Source of the DNA: Epiperipatus broadwayi
Lineage: Eukaryota > Animalia > Onychophora
Assembly (NCBI GenBank): GCA_028023455.1
Contig: JAQFVV010000002.1
Span: forward strand, 19,654,001 to 19,718,000
Length of the DNA stretch: 64,000 nucleotides
Direction: 5' to 3'
Shown here: one piece after another, positions 1 to 12,500 of the stretch
Layout of the letters: each line of letters begins with the position of its first letter
How positions within the stretch are numbered: position 1 is the first letter of the stretch
The notes under the pieces: generated by a model
The model's database searches: none
Told to the model about the DNA's origin: nothing
Seen by the model: the letters and a program-made list of their open reading frames with translations, nothing else
Made by a program: the position numbers and the translations under genes

Positions 1-1995
1 AAGTGTCAATGAGTATGTAAGAAAATATAAGTGTGAATTGGCAAGGAAAATTATAGAAGAAAAGAAAAATCTCAAAAGTGTAAAACAACATCTTGCAATT
101 GGAAGAAAAATATTTCTACAATACAAAATAGAGATGAATATTAGTATAAAATAAGATGACATCATAAAATGTGTGGAAGAGTTTTATAAAGAATTATACA
201 ATAATAAAGAACAAGAATATAAAATATCTTTAATAGTTATTACATCTTATGACTTGTCCAGCATTTTAAATGAAGAACTGAGAAATGGAAATAAATATTT
301 GAAAAAGGGAAAGATCCAGGAAATGTTGAAATTATTAAAATCTTAAAACAGATTAAAAAAATGTTGGCAAAATTACATACCCAATGTCTAAATGATAAAG
401 ATGTAGAGATTAGAAAAATGCAGTAGTAATACTAATATTTAAGAAAGAGAAAAAAGATATTAGAAATTTCAGAACAATCCATCTTTTTATCAAACAAAAT
501 CTTTACTGAGATAATTACAACTTGCCTACAGAGAACTTTGGATTTTAACCAGTTAAAAAAAACAAGCCGGATTTAAAAATGGATTGGATCATATCCAAAT
601 ATTAGAAAAAATTACAAAAAAGGTTTAGTAAGTATGAATTGCTATTATGCTTTGGATTTGTAGATTATGAAAAGTCATTTGATTGCGTAAGTAATTCTTT
701 AATGATTAAAACATTGGATTATTAAGATATTATTGTCATATTCTGAAGAATATTTACAAAAATGCACTAGCAATGATTAGATTATGTGATAATATTAGAA
801 GATTAACATTGAAAACGATCTATGATAGGGTGATTACAAATTTCCAAAAGTTTTTATAGCAGTTTTACAGGGATTATTTGATGGATTAAAATGGTAAGCT
901 GAGAGAATAAAACTAAATGGAGATTAGTCATCTAGATTTTGCAGTTGATATGATTATTTTTGAAAATAATGCTTCAGAACTTCAAGAAATGTTGCAAAAG
1001 TTATCATTCCAACATCAGATTTTCAATAAAATGGAAGACTGAAGTGTTGGAGTAGTTTGAAGCCTGTCCATTAAAGTATGAAGATTGGCTATCCTTAATA
1101 TAAAGCTGAACACTGATTGTATGTATGTGTGGAGATAGTAATCTGGACCAACTGTTGATTGCTGGTTTAGCACGAAATACGTATATTGGTGATTATCTTT
1201 TCAACATGTTTGTGATCAGGTGGATCAGCAATATGAGATGGCATGGAGAGTTGAGGGTCGTGTGAAAGTCTGAGTTCGAATCCTGCATACATTACATATG
1301 AGAGTATGAAAATAGGAATAAAGATTAATAGCAAAAGGACTGAAGTAATTTTCAATATATTTTTTCAAAAGAAAAAAAATAAAGATTGATAATCATACAT
1401 TAAAAGAAGTTATCCATTGCAAACACTTTGGAAAGGTTATTATACAGATGAAAACATAATGGATGAAATTAATCATAAATTTAAGCTTGAATGGAATAAC
1501 TTTTGATAGAAATAAGTTAGTATTAAAAGGAAATTTTTCTAAATATTTGAAATGGAAGTTTTTAATAGATTTTTTTTACCAGTTCTTGCCTATAGGTCTA
1601 AGACTTGGAGATGTAACAGAATAGCAATATAGACTCTTCAGACAATTCCATGAAGTATGGAGATATGTATGTTAGGAATAATAAGGAGAGATCAAAAACA
1701 ATATATGCATGAGAGAGCAAACAAGTATCGGTAATATCATTAAAAAAATTAATAGATTGAAATGGAGGTAAATTGGACATTTTATTAAAAGAGGTAATAA
1801 ATGGACAGTTGATGTTTTACATTGTACCCTAAGAAATTGTACAAAACTTAAAAAGAGACCACATGTGAGATGGATAGATAAAAAAAGGAAGTATGCTGCT
1901 GTGTTGTGAAGAAAAGAAGATAGGGATTGAAGTAACTGGACTAAACTTGGTGACATCTTCATCCTGTAGTATTTTGATAATGGTTGAAAATGACG
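1..1995 (+). mobile_element. Degenerate RTE-clade LINE: RT domain to 3' end, interrupted by a family-B insertion at ~1005-1298
   Basis: Frameshifted translation gives CVEEFYKELY, QAGFKNG, GFVDYEKSFD, ELQEMLQKL / ESMKIGIKIN and MDEINHK..LEW. It ends with CTTCATCCTGTAGT..TGATAATGGTTGA, the same 3' end as other RTE copies in the window. Confidence 0.85.
1005..1298 (+). repeat. Family-B foldback element, single arm, inserted in the RTE RT
   Basis: Matches arms at 34340-34645 and 61180-61480 (TTGAAGCCTGTCCATTAAAG...TCTGAGTTCGAATCC). The RTE reading frame resumes on both sides. Confidence 0.8.
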
Positions 1996-2004
1996 CTGGT
2001 GGTA

Positions 2005-2112
2005 TAACTGCAAACAAAATGGTCGAGTGGTCAGCACAGTGCTTTACAAGCAGTTGTTCTGGATTTCCAGGTTCACCTCCCAGCCGATGCTTTGACACCT
2101 GAAAAAAAAAAA
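2005..2112 (+). mobile_element. tRNA-derived SINE (family D), diverged copy with poly-A tail
   Basis: TGGTCGAGTGG A-box, GCTTTACAAGCAGTTG core, GGTTCACCTCCC B-box remnant, CCGATGCTTTGACACC, then an A-run. Confidence 0.7.
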
Positions 2113-2756
2113 AATTTAATCAAAAATTTTATGAGATTATTTGCTATTACTTATTTTTTAAACAAAGAATTCATATCTATTTCTAAGACGGGTCCAAAAT
2201 TTTTGTCATTTGTTCAGTATCATTTTAGAAAAAGATTGTTGCACTTATATATGCTGCAACATTTTTTAAAAATAAAAATGAATAAACACATTCTATCTAG
2301 AAACGTTTTACTATATATAGTTTAAAAGTGCACATGGCGTGGATTAAGGACTTTGAAGAGCCAAAGAAGCTCCATAGACTGCAGGCTGCCCCCTCTCTGA
2401 TATTAATTTATATATAATTATGTGAATTCGTTTTTGCTTTATACAGCTGGACCGTGAGTTATCCACTATATATTTTATTCCAAGTCCCCATTATATATAT
2501 TATATGTTGCATATAATAGCTCATTTTATTGACAAGTTTTGATTACATTACTATAAGTTGTTTACGAACTGTAATTGTATGCTACTCTTCAATGCATGCA
2601 CACACACATATACGATAGACTGAACTTCTGTCATTATTGTAAATAATATTAAAACATTACAATAGAGAATTAAAAAAAAATTAAATAAACGAAGTATATT
2701 TTCAACACATTAGTATCATAATAATAGTCAACAAACAAAAAAAACAACAGTATTTT

Positions 2757-2860
2757 TTTTTTCTCATGTGTCATAGCATCAGCCGGGAAGCGAACCCACC
2801 AATCCGGGACAACTGCTTGTAAAGCAGCCGTTGCTGACCTCTCGACCACCAATGCTTGAC
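2757..2860 (-). mobile_element. tRNA-Gly-like SINE (family D) with 14-bp target-site duplication
   Basis: Minus strand reads GTCAAGCATTGGTGGTCGAGAGG...GGGTTCGCTTCCCGGCTGATGCTATGACACATGAG-A(n). A-box and B-box are present. AACAACAGTATTTT is duplicated at 2743-2756 and 2861-2874. Confidence 0.85.
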
Positions 2861-5498
2861 AACAACAGTATTTTACTGTTAAAATTTTAAAAATTCATTT
2901 TTTTTACTTATTTGAATGCTATCGGCTTTCTGATTTATCACTTGTTTATTTTGTACAAAGTATCTGATATATTGAGCATTTAAAAAAATTATGCATGGGA
3001 ACAAAAGTGAGAAGTGATAAAAAATTGATGGTTCTACCATATATACAGAGTATTGGAAATAATATTGGAAAGATATGTTCAGACATGGTCAATGTTGAAT
3101 TTAGGACGTCTGTTAATTTGAATAGTTGATTAATAGTATGAAAGATAAAATAGATGACTCGGTCCAGTCTAATGTCATCTATACAGTAGTGTGCAAACAG
3201 TTGGATTGATTATATGTATAGTACAATGAAATGAAAGCATATTTAAGGACAAGAATGATACAGCAAATGCATCTGTATTTTATAATGGTTTTGATCCTGC
3301 CATTGTTGTGATAATTTGTGAGGAAAGAAATGATAGAAAGTGAAAGATTGAGACTCAGTTTATTATGCTCTATAAACAAGTGATCGATTAGAGAGTCAGT
3401 AGCATTAAATAAGTAAAAAAAATGATATTTTTTTTCTAATTTTTAATGGCCAAATACCCAGAAGGTCATAATTATGACCCATTAAAAGTATATGGGGTTT
3501 ATTGAGTTACATTTTATTTTTTATTCTCTGTTACGATATTTTAATATTAAATATAAATAAAATTAAAGAAAAATAATAATGTAAGTATTAATAATAAATT
3601 GAAAGTCACATTTCATATACAACTGTCCCATGCTTTGAGAGCACAATTGGTGCCACAAGCTTTAATCAAAAATCTTACATAAAAAATAGGCATGCAAAAA
3701 GTTCTTATCAGAAACAAGTTAATTCATTACTTTAAATTCAAAATATATAAAAATTTGTTTTAAAAAATAAAGATTAAATTGAAAAATGTGTTAATTAATG
3801 AATAAACATTTTACTGAACATATTAAAAAAAATTAATAACCTGTGTAAGTATACTGTATTAAAACCATGTGGTAGGTATACCAATTTAAAAAAATGGAAA
3901 CTAATTTTTTTTTTGGTGGTCTGCTATTTTGAATTTTATATAGTGAGAGAATATTTCCTAATTTATAGTTCATTAAATTAAAGTATGAATAAAAAAAACA
4001 TACATTTTAAAATTTATTTTTAATGCACCTTATGTTCTATTATCAACATTTTTTTAAAAATATCTAACCAATAAAACAAACATTTTATTTCCTCTGCTGT
4101 TAATTTTTTAAAAACAAAACTTCATACATTTATTTATTTTACATAAATGTTGTGAAATTAAGTAAAAATTTAATAAAGTAATACAATGTACAGTTAATTG
4201 CTAAAATTTTAATAATGTAAAGATTAAATCTTTTTTTTTTTTGCCGATATTGTAAAGATATATATATATATGTTTAAAATAAAAGCTGCAAATATTCTGT
4301 ATATCAGAAAGAAATTATAAAATTATTGATTTAAAATTGAGCAAACAAATAATATTTTTATCTTATGCTTAATAATATGATCATAATGCATGAAATCATT
4401 TTTGTCTTTTTTTTCTTAGAATAATTTATAATCATGTTTAACATTTTTTACTGGCAGCCAAATAACTTTCTTAAAAATTTTAATCCATAAAACTGACTGA
4501 GTGAATATATTTTACCTAATTTAAATATTTTAAAATTTAATATTAATATACTTTGTTGTACATGATCAAATTATGTTTTTGATTGAATAAAACTGGTATA
4601 TTTTTTTTGTAGAATTTTTTTTTACTTCGGCTATGTCATAGATGAAAGCATTGTCTTGTATGGACATGAAAATCAGATAAATGCCTTAATCATATTTTAA
4701 TTCTATAATATAAACAATATTTTATAACGTATAATGAAAATATAATATTGTATAATGAATAAATTCTGATATATATTGTATATTTTTAGCATCGATGTCA
4801 CCATTTTACTTTTGTTTGATGTATCTTTAATGAAGTTATTATTCTCTGATATCATTAATCTTATAAATGGCCACCATTTTGAAAAAAATGAGGTTCTTTT
4901 TAAGAAAAATATTTCCAACATTTTTTTTTAAAGTTCATTGTATTGAATAGTCAATTGTAAGTAAAAATGGTGGGTACAAATTGATGATGATTGCTATGGC
5001 TAATTCTCTTATAAAGATCCATCATTAATCAAGGTAAATATGTATATCCATCGTACTGTATGTGCATGTTTAATTGTTCGCATTTATTTAAAAACTAATG
5101 AAACATTGTTTTGTCACTCTATTTTTTTATAAAATGGATAGCAAAATGCCAGACACTTATTTCTGTAATTGTTGATGTATCAGAAGTCTCATGATCTTCA
5201 AATGATTTTCAAAGTTTAGGGGAATAACAGGATGTTGGAAACATGAGAAGTTGATGGAGCTTCATTTTGTCATGACTTTTTTTAAAAAAATATTTTGATG
5301 GGAAATTTCTTTCTTTTCCTTTTTCATTCATCTAAATAATCTTGCTAAAGTTATAATTTTTTAAGGATCTCCCATATAAGAATAATCCTACAAAAAAAAA
5401 ATCAAGTCATGTATCACATGACCTAATTTAATAAGCCTGTATTACAAATATATAGAGCTCGCAAATAAGCTCTTAAAAAGCTTTGCAGAGTATTCCCA

Positions 5499-5538
5499 AC
5501 CTCAGAACAGTTTCTGCCACTGGCTTCCTCAGTGAGGT
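5499..5538 (-). ncRNA. Minimal type-I hammerhead ribozyme motif
   Basis: ACCTCA CTGAGGA A GCC-AGT-GGC A GAAA CTG TTC TGAGGT. Stem I is a perfect 6 bp and stem II is 3 bp. The triplet is UUC, and the 15.2/16.2 pair is broken. Confidence 0.7.
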
Positions 5539-5565
5539 GCTAAAATATTCAAGTAAGTATCCTAG

Positions 5566-5663
5566 CCCCTCATTGAGGAAGCCAGTAGCAGAAACTGGTC
5601 TGGGGTTGGGGCAAATATCCTAGCACCTCTCTGAGGAAGCTAGTAGCAGAAACCAGTCTGGTG
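5566..5663 (+). ncRNA. Tandem pair of minimal type-I hammerhead motifs (putative dimer)
   Basis: Copy 1: CCCCTCA TTGAGGA A GCC-AGT-AGC A GAAACTG GTC TGGGG. Copy 2: CACCTCT CTGAGGA A GCT-AGT-AGC A GAAACCA GTC TGGTG. Confidence 0.7.
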
Positions 5664-5799
5664 TAGGGGATATTCTGCAAAGCTTGTTAAGAGCTTATTT
5701 GTGAGCTCTATATATAACAAGAATAATCCTACATTCCATCATGGAATGGTTTAGACACTTGTACTTTTTAGAATCTGTGTAATGTAGAACACCTTATAA

Positions 5800-6340
5800 A
5801 ATTTATTTTCTAATGTCTACATTGATGATCCCTCCCCCCTCGTCCTTTCTTCTAATGATGGCATAACAAAGTCTTTTAACCCATCATTTCCTAGAACATT
5901 CTGGTTAAGACTCTCAATATGTTCTGCAATTTCTTCATTCGTCATATCTAAAAATCCATGCCAATTTTCTTGTTATCTGAACAATTAATTTCTAGGTCTC
6001 TATTTTTGATTTTGATATATTCTGAAATAATTTCTTAAATAAAGAAATCACACTATAGGGTTCTTGAGGTATTCCATGTTTGCCAATACTACGTAGTCAT
6101 TTATCATTTCAAAAGCTTAGTACTTTCATCTCTTTAGTCGTGGTGTATCTGTCTGTCATAATACAACCAGAGTTTATATTAATTGTTTTAGTAATATGCT
6201 GTCTGTATTGAGTTCACAAACTTGAAATCTGGTTTCCATGTGGAGACATTAGTTTCACATGCATACTACTTGCATAATTTGCCACAAAAAATATCCTGCA
6301 TTTTACTTTTAGTTATGTGTTGACTTATTTTCATCATCTA
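5800..6340 (-). pseudogene. Tigger/pogo-type (Tc1/mariner superfamily) transposase C-terminal relic
   Basis: Minus frame gives WHGFLDMTNEEIAEHIESLNQNVLGNDGLKDFVMPSLEE, which resembles the acidic GF.DM..EE..EHIE C-terminal region of Tigger-like transposases (from memory, not searched). Confidence 0.5.
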
Positions 6341-6526
6341 ATTGATTTAATCATTTTTAGAAAAAAAAATTTATTTATCTTTCCAAAGGACATTTAATTG
6401 TTAATAATAGCACATAGATATCTATAGAACATAATAGTTTGAATGCCATTTTTCTTATTTTCAGATATTACTAAATTGAGTAATGATGATTCTAGCACAG
6501 GGATTGAAGCAGTGACCTTTAACTAA

Positions 6527-6920
6527 GCAAAACTCTCCATACAGTAGCGCCACTCAGTGCAAGTCAGAATAATCAATGAATGCTAGATTTGTGGTAAAAT
6601 CTATATAATGCCTACTCATCCAATATCCCCAGACTAGAGCCTTGGATCTAAGTGTTACTACATCTAGATGTTAGGATCTAATGAAACCCTCTTTACCTTT
6701 TTAGTTAATTATGCAATGCTCTCAGTTCGAAGGCTCCTAGGAAAATCACAAACTGGAAACTAGTTGGGATATTATATGAGATAGGGGATTTTAGGCACAA
6801 ACCATCTTGCATCCATTGATTACTCTGCCTTACACTTGGTGGTACTACTATATGGAGAGTTTTGCCTCAGTTTTAACAACTTGTATAAACATATGAAATG
6901 GTGATCATGTGACATTTAGA
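6527..6920. repeat. Family-C foldback, degraded; the HHR is deleted in the left arm and decayed in the right arm
   Basis: GCAAAACTCTCCATACAGTAG... pairs with ...TATGGAGAGTTTTGCC. The left arm reads CCCCAGACTAG|AGCCTTGGATC, with the core deleted. Confidence 0.75.
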
Positions 6921-9038
6921 TTTATGAATAATGAAATTTAGCTAGGCTGCCTAATTTATTAGAACGTCACGTTAAATTCATGATTTATAAATTTAAAAGT
7001 TAACAGTTCATTCATCATGCTAATACTACCATTGATCAAGTCAGCAACATCAAAAGAAGAGAAAATTATTAATTGAAATGTGTTCTGTATTAACCTATGT
7101 GTTATTTACTAACTGTTAAATATATTTAGAAAAATGTAAATAAAGATTGGATTTTTCTAAAAATATTAACAGTTTAATTAAATGATGGAAATATCCAACA
7201 TTTAATTACAAATTTAAATATATTTATGAGAGGCTTGTTATTCAATGATGAAAAATTGATAGATGGACAAGTATTTTAGAATAAACATCACATGATCACC
7301 ATCTCATACTAGCACATAATTTTTGTATGGAGAGTTTTGCCTTTGTTTATTTTAGAATAAGGAGAATAAAAAAAAAAAGGATAAAAAATAATTGCCAAGT
7401 ATATCTTCTGACAGCCTAATTTTGCAGTAATGAATTATTATCTTTAATTTTGTTCTAATTAATTTCCCTTTAAAATGAATAGGGTCCTTTTGCTTTCATT
7501 AAACCACCTTTGCTGTTTTTTTTCAATTTATCATTATAACATTAAATCATATTCTATCTTCATTTATATTTTTAAATATATATTCTTGTTCATTTGATAT
7601 TCAAGAATTTTAAATTAGTAGTTTGTAAAATAAAGAGGATGAGGAAAGTTGTATAAAATTTAAGTGAAGAAGATATAAAGATTCTTTGGCTGACTGCAAA
7701 GATTAAAATGTTAGTCTGGAGGTTTAATTGCTGGCTAGAATGAAATTTTATTGATCCAATGGCACCTTGTGAGATTGCAGCCAGCAAAGTTTGAAAAGTG
7801 ATCTGATATGTTAGAATAATAAAATAACCGAATAAAATATAAAATGTTAACATGAAAATTAATTCTAGTATTTATGAACAACTAATTTTGGAAAATGTTC
7901 CATATTTTTGTGTGTATATATTAATTTTTTTTTATAAATTGTTAATTAATTGTGATTATATATATAATAAATATTTTTATAATAAAAATTATTGGCATTT
8001 AATTTTTATGTTTAATATTAAGTAATATTTGGATTCAAGATTATCTCATGAGAAATTTTCTATTTTATATATATATGTAAAACTTAAATGATTTATACAT
8101 AAACTATCATGAATAAATAAATTACTGCATTAAGTTTTAGCAAAAGGAAAAAAAAAAAGATTACAATTTAGTGATTAATCTAAACATTAAAAAGTAACTA
8201 ACACCTTTATATCAGTCCTGTTATATGTCTGTTAGTAAAGAAGCTTCAAATGCTTAGATCTCACAAATATTTAGTCTGATTAGTCACTCATAACTTGCTA
8301 TTTACAGTATTTATTAGTTTGCATTAAATAGGTCTTAAAGTAAATATAGTCAAGCTTTTAGATTGCTATTGGATTAGTAATTGCTCTATATTTTAGTTTT
8401 CTTCACAAAACTTATTATATTTTATTTATAAATGCATATGTGTATTATACAATGGTTGATTTTTTTTTTTTTAAAGCAAAATTGTAAAAAAAATAAAAAA
8501 TGGATTGTGCAGGATACAATTAAATTGTTCTAAATACATATGCATATGTGTATGGGTTTTATTGTATGTGTGCAAAATAAGAGACACTCTGTAAATTTAA
8601 GTAATACTGCAAAATCAAAGTGTTTTTCAGAAATAAAATAAGAATCATTTTACTTTAGAAATATTAAAAATAATTATTTGAAAGCATTATTAATTTAATT
8701 TGATTATATTTGCTTTAAATCACTGTTCTGTAATCTTAGAATATGTGGATTAGTTGTTTTCTGTTAGTTTACTTTTGGTTAATTATGTTTATCACAAACA
8801 TTCTTTTGATTTACAGTATTGCCAACAAATTATTTATTTCATTTCTTTTTTTAATAAAATGTCTGCCATAATTTTATTATTTCTTTCCATATTTCATATA
8901 TGTAATTATTGCTTTCACTTTTTCATTAAAATAATGACATTTGATGTCTGTAATTGTGTATAGAATTCATTTACATACTTTGTGATTACAATAAATATCT
9001 CACATGTAAATAACAAAAAATGTTTTTCAAAACATCAT

Positions 9039-9198
9039 AGATGCAGTGCTCTCAGATCCAAAGCTCCTCACTGACGAAGACAACAAGCCAGAAACTAGTC
9101 TGGGGATATTGGATAGGGATTTTATGCATAAGCCTTCTGGCATCCATTGATTACTCTGTTTAGCACAGGTGGCACTACTATATGGAGTTTTGCTTTGC
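9039..9198 (+). mobile_element. Family-C single arm with hammerhead motif at 9065-9106
   Basis: TCCTCA CTGACGA A GAC-AACAA-GCC A GAAA CTA GTC TGGGGA. Stem I is 6 bp (one G-U), stem III is the palindrome ACTAGT, and the triplet is GUC. Confidence 0.8.
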
Positions 9199-9252
9199 TT
9201 TGTTTATAAAGAATATTTTTTCTTTAATAATATGGTTCCAAATAATCTTTCA

Positions 9253-9583
9253 TACATAAAAAATTCAATGAAATTGTTCTCTCTCTTTTTTTTTATTTTT
9301 ATGAATCCATATATATTTCAATATCTTTCCACCATTTTGATTACTTCTTTGTAGTCATTTTCAAAGATCTCCCCCGTTCGTTATTATTAAAATTGTTATT
9401 ATAAAGATTTGATTTAAATGGTAAAGAATAGGGGGAGATGCTTGAAAATGACTACAAGGAAATACTCAAAATGACAGAAAGGTATATATTGCATTGATAT
9501 ATATATATATGGATTCATAAAAATGAAAAAGTTTTTTTTAATAAACAAAGGTGACAGAATAATTTCATTGAATTTTTTATGTA
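9253..9583. repeat. Foldback element (~120-bp imperfect arms) with strongly decayed HHR-like motifs
   Basis: TACATAAAAAATTCAATGAAATT pairs with AATTTCATTGAATTTTTTATGTA. The arms contain TTGAAAA T GACTAC..GTAATC AAAA. Confidence 0.65.
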
Positions 9584-12500
9584 CAAAAACTAATAACTGA
9601 CAGGTCAAATCTATACTTTTTCAAACTTTCTTAAATATCATTATTGTATGAGGAAGAGCCATTTTCTACTATATTCAGATTTTTAATATATAACTTTTTC
9701 AACATTTTTTCTTAATATTTTGAATTAATTGCTTTAAAATATTTATAATGATTTTATTTCCTTGGTACTTTCTGTTTTTTATATAGTTTGTCGCATTTTT
9801 ATTTAGAGCAAGTACTTCAGTTATTATTATTGTAAGAACTACCTTGCTTTTTTTTTTTATTCCTGTGTAGTTTACTGAAGATTTTTTCTACACATTATAT
9901 GATATCATTCGTGATTTTATTTATCACAACAACTTTTCACGTCTATCAAAATTATTTTATATAGTTTTTCTTGCCATTTTACTTCATGATCTTCATAATG
10001 TTTTTCTATATCATTTTATAGTATCCACATATTCACCTTTTTAAATGAATTATTTAAAATTATATTCTTAAATTTTTTTTATACGCATTGTCATGTCTCT
10101 ATAAAAAAATGTAATAAATTGCTCTTTTTGTTATCAACATATTTTTAAAGTCTGATCATTTTCAAAATTTTCTAGCAGTTTTGAAATCTTTGTACATTTC
10201 AGTCTAAATTCAATAAAATATTTCTTAGGTCAGTAATATCAAGCAACGGTACTGATTTGTTAATAGGTTTATTTTTCTAGATTTACAATAATCATCTTCT
10301 GGATTTATGACTGCTTTCTATACTGAATTTTGAAATGTATATTTATTTTTGATCAAAATAAAATCTTATTATCCAAGACTTCATTTGAATATTTTTTATT
10401 TAGTTTCTCTTTGCATTTTTTTCCAAAAAATATTTTACAAATTTCATAAGATTTAATTCCAGAATCTTTTTTTATAATCTCCCTTATGTCTAAATTTATA
10501 ACATTTTCATCTTTCAAATATTTTCTGATTTTAACATTAAAATGCTTACTTGTAATTTTAAAATACTGTCTGTATATATTGAGATAGTTTGTGTTCATGG
10601 CATACAACAACATAGTAGTGTGTGTGCACACATATATATATATAAGTTGAAAGGAAAAGTAGAAATAAACACAAACAAAAAATTTTTGTAAATATTTTCT
10701 ATATTACACTGGAATAACAACTAAGGATTAAATAATTTTGAATTAAAAAAAATATATAAATTAAACATTTAAAAATGTTAATTAATATTTTATTAATTCT
10801 GATTTTGAAATCAAAACAAGCATGTTTTTATGTTACAATAGATATACTAGTTATTATAAAATTCCACTATCAGTTTTGATTAGATTAATAAATTTTTTAA
10901 ATTAAAGCTTGTATAACATATTTTGATAAAAATCCTGCAAAGACATTTTTGAAAAGATTAAAGTTAATTTAAAAGAATCATTAACTTTTTTCGATCAAGA
11001 TAAAGAAAACTTTAATGTTTTTTTTCAATTCCACTCTCAGTATAAAAAGGATGGAAAAAAGATTTGAGGATATTATGATAGCATTATTAGCACTATTGTG
11101 AAGTTCTATCTGAAGGTGCAGAGTACAAGTCAGCTGTTGATGCTAGTGCAATAATGGAATTTTGCTTCACATGGAGGCCAGGACTGGCTTTTCTGTGGTT
11201 CATTAGCCCATATATATTGTATACTAGCTAGTATGCCTGATGTCTTATCAAATTCTAGACTAAAGTGATCTTGATTGAATGTCAACAGTTATTTGATTTA
11301 TATCATTCCCAAAGATGACAATAAGCCTGTCTACTGTTTTAGAAAGACCAGCTCACCAAGAGAGTTCATTGGCTTGCTGAGGAATTAGTTTTTATATATA
11401 CTGTTTTATCTATATGCAGAGAACCACAGACAAAGGTACTGCATCAGGACATATATATATAAAGTACATCTGGTGAATAGAATGTGCTATATATTGGGAA
11501 TGATTATTTTAAATAATTTCTTGAAAATGATAGTTAAAATCTTTAAATTGTACATTTTAAAAAGTAAATAAATAACTTTATCAACTAAAATTAAAACTAA
11601 AATAATTAAAGAAAATAATAAATGGCCATTTCCAGTATATTTTATTAAAAAGGAAAACTCCAAAAATCTTTCCATATTGAACAAAAGAACTTGCTAGAAT
11701 ATTTTTAAGTCATTTACAATTAATTAAGAATAACCTGAAAAAAAAAAAAGAAAAATTTATGAAGGACTGTAGAAGAATCAATATATTTTTTTTAAAAAAT
11801 TGTTTTCTTAAAATTTACTAAAAACTTAGATTAGTAACAAGATAATATATACATACATGTGTGTGAACTTTATGTATATATTTGACATTGAATTAATTAT
11901 GTCATGAAAATATATTATAGTTTAATAAGTTTATTTATTAATTAATGAACTATCATTATGATAAAAATACGTGTGTGATTATATTTGAATGGGTATCTAA
12001 ACATGTTAAATCAATTATTATGTATGTATTATAAAAATGAAATTCTTTTATTAGTTTCTGGCAATTCTATTGTGTTAATTCTGTATTATTAAACAGCATG
12101 TCTGTGTTTATACAAGTGCATGTCATGTAGATAAATATATGTTAAAATTGATTATACTTTATGAATGATTAAAATGAATTGTTTTTATAAGTCTATGACA
12201 ATTTGAATATGTTCATTTTTTATATAAGCACATCTATGTGCTGATATATAGGTGTTTTATGTGTAAACCTATTGAGTTATTTGTAAATCACAATGTGATA
12301 ACATTTCTTTTTGTATTAATCAAAATGCCAAATTTATATTTATAGCACGATCAGCAGATTTTAATTTGATTTTATTGTTTCTAATTAATAAATTTATATT
12401 TCATTGTTTAAATTATTCCTGTGAATTCATTTAATCCTAGACTGGATTTAAAACATATGCTACGATTATATCTGTTGCTCTTAGTAACAGTTATAGAGCT

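Larger units (their letters stand above)
5449..5714. mobile_element. Foldback element (~48-bp terminal inverted arms) with three hammerhead-ribozyme motifs (one minus, two tandem plus)
   Basis: TATATAGAGCTCGCAAATAAGCTCTTAAAAAGCTTTGCAGAG pairs with the right end. HHR cores lie at 5499-5538 (-), 5566-5605 (+) and 5624-5663 (+). Confidence 0.85.

Noticed and set aside
1167-1355. 62-aa signal-peptide-like ORF
   Set aside because: It is the antisense reading of a family-B arm and the RTE junction.
2762-2856. Family-D element as a functional tRNA-Val(TAC) gene
   Set aside because: The 8-bp anticodon stem, the broken T-stem, Gly-type acceptor, poly-A tail, TSDs and multiple diverged copies indicate a SINE.
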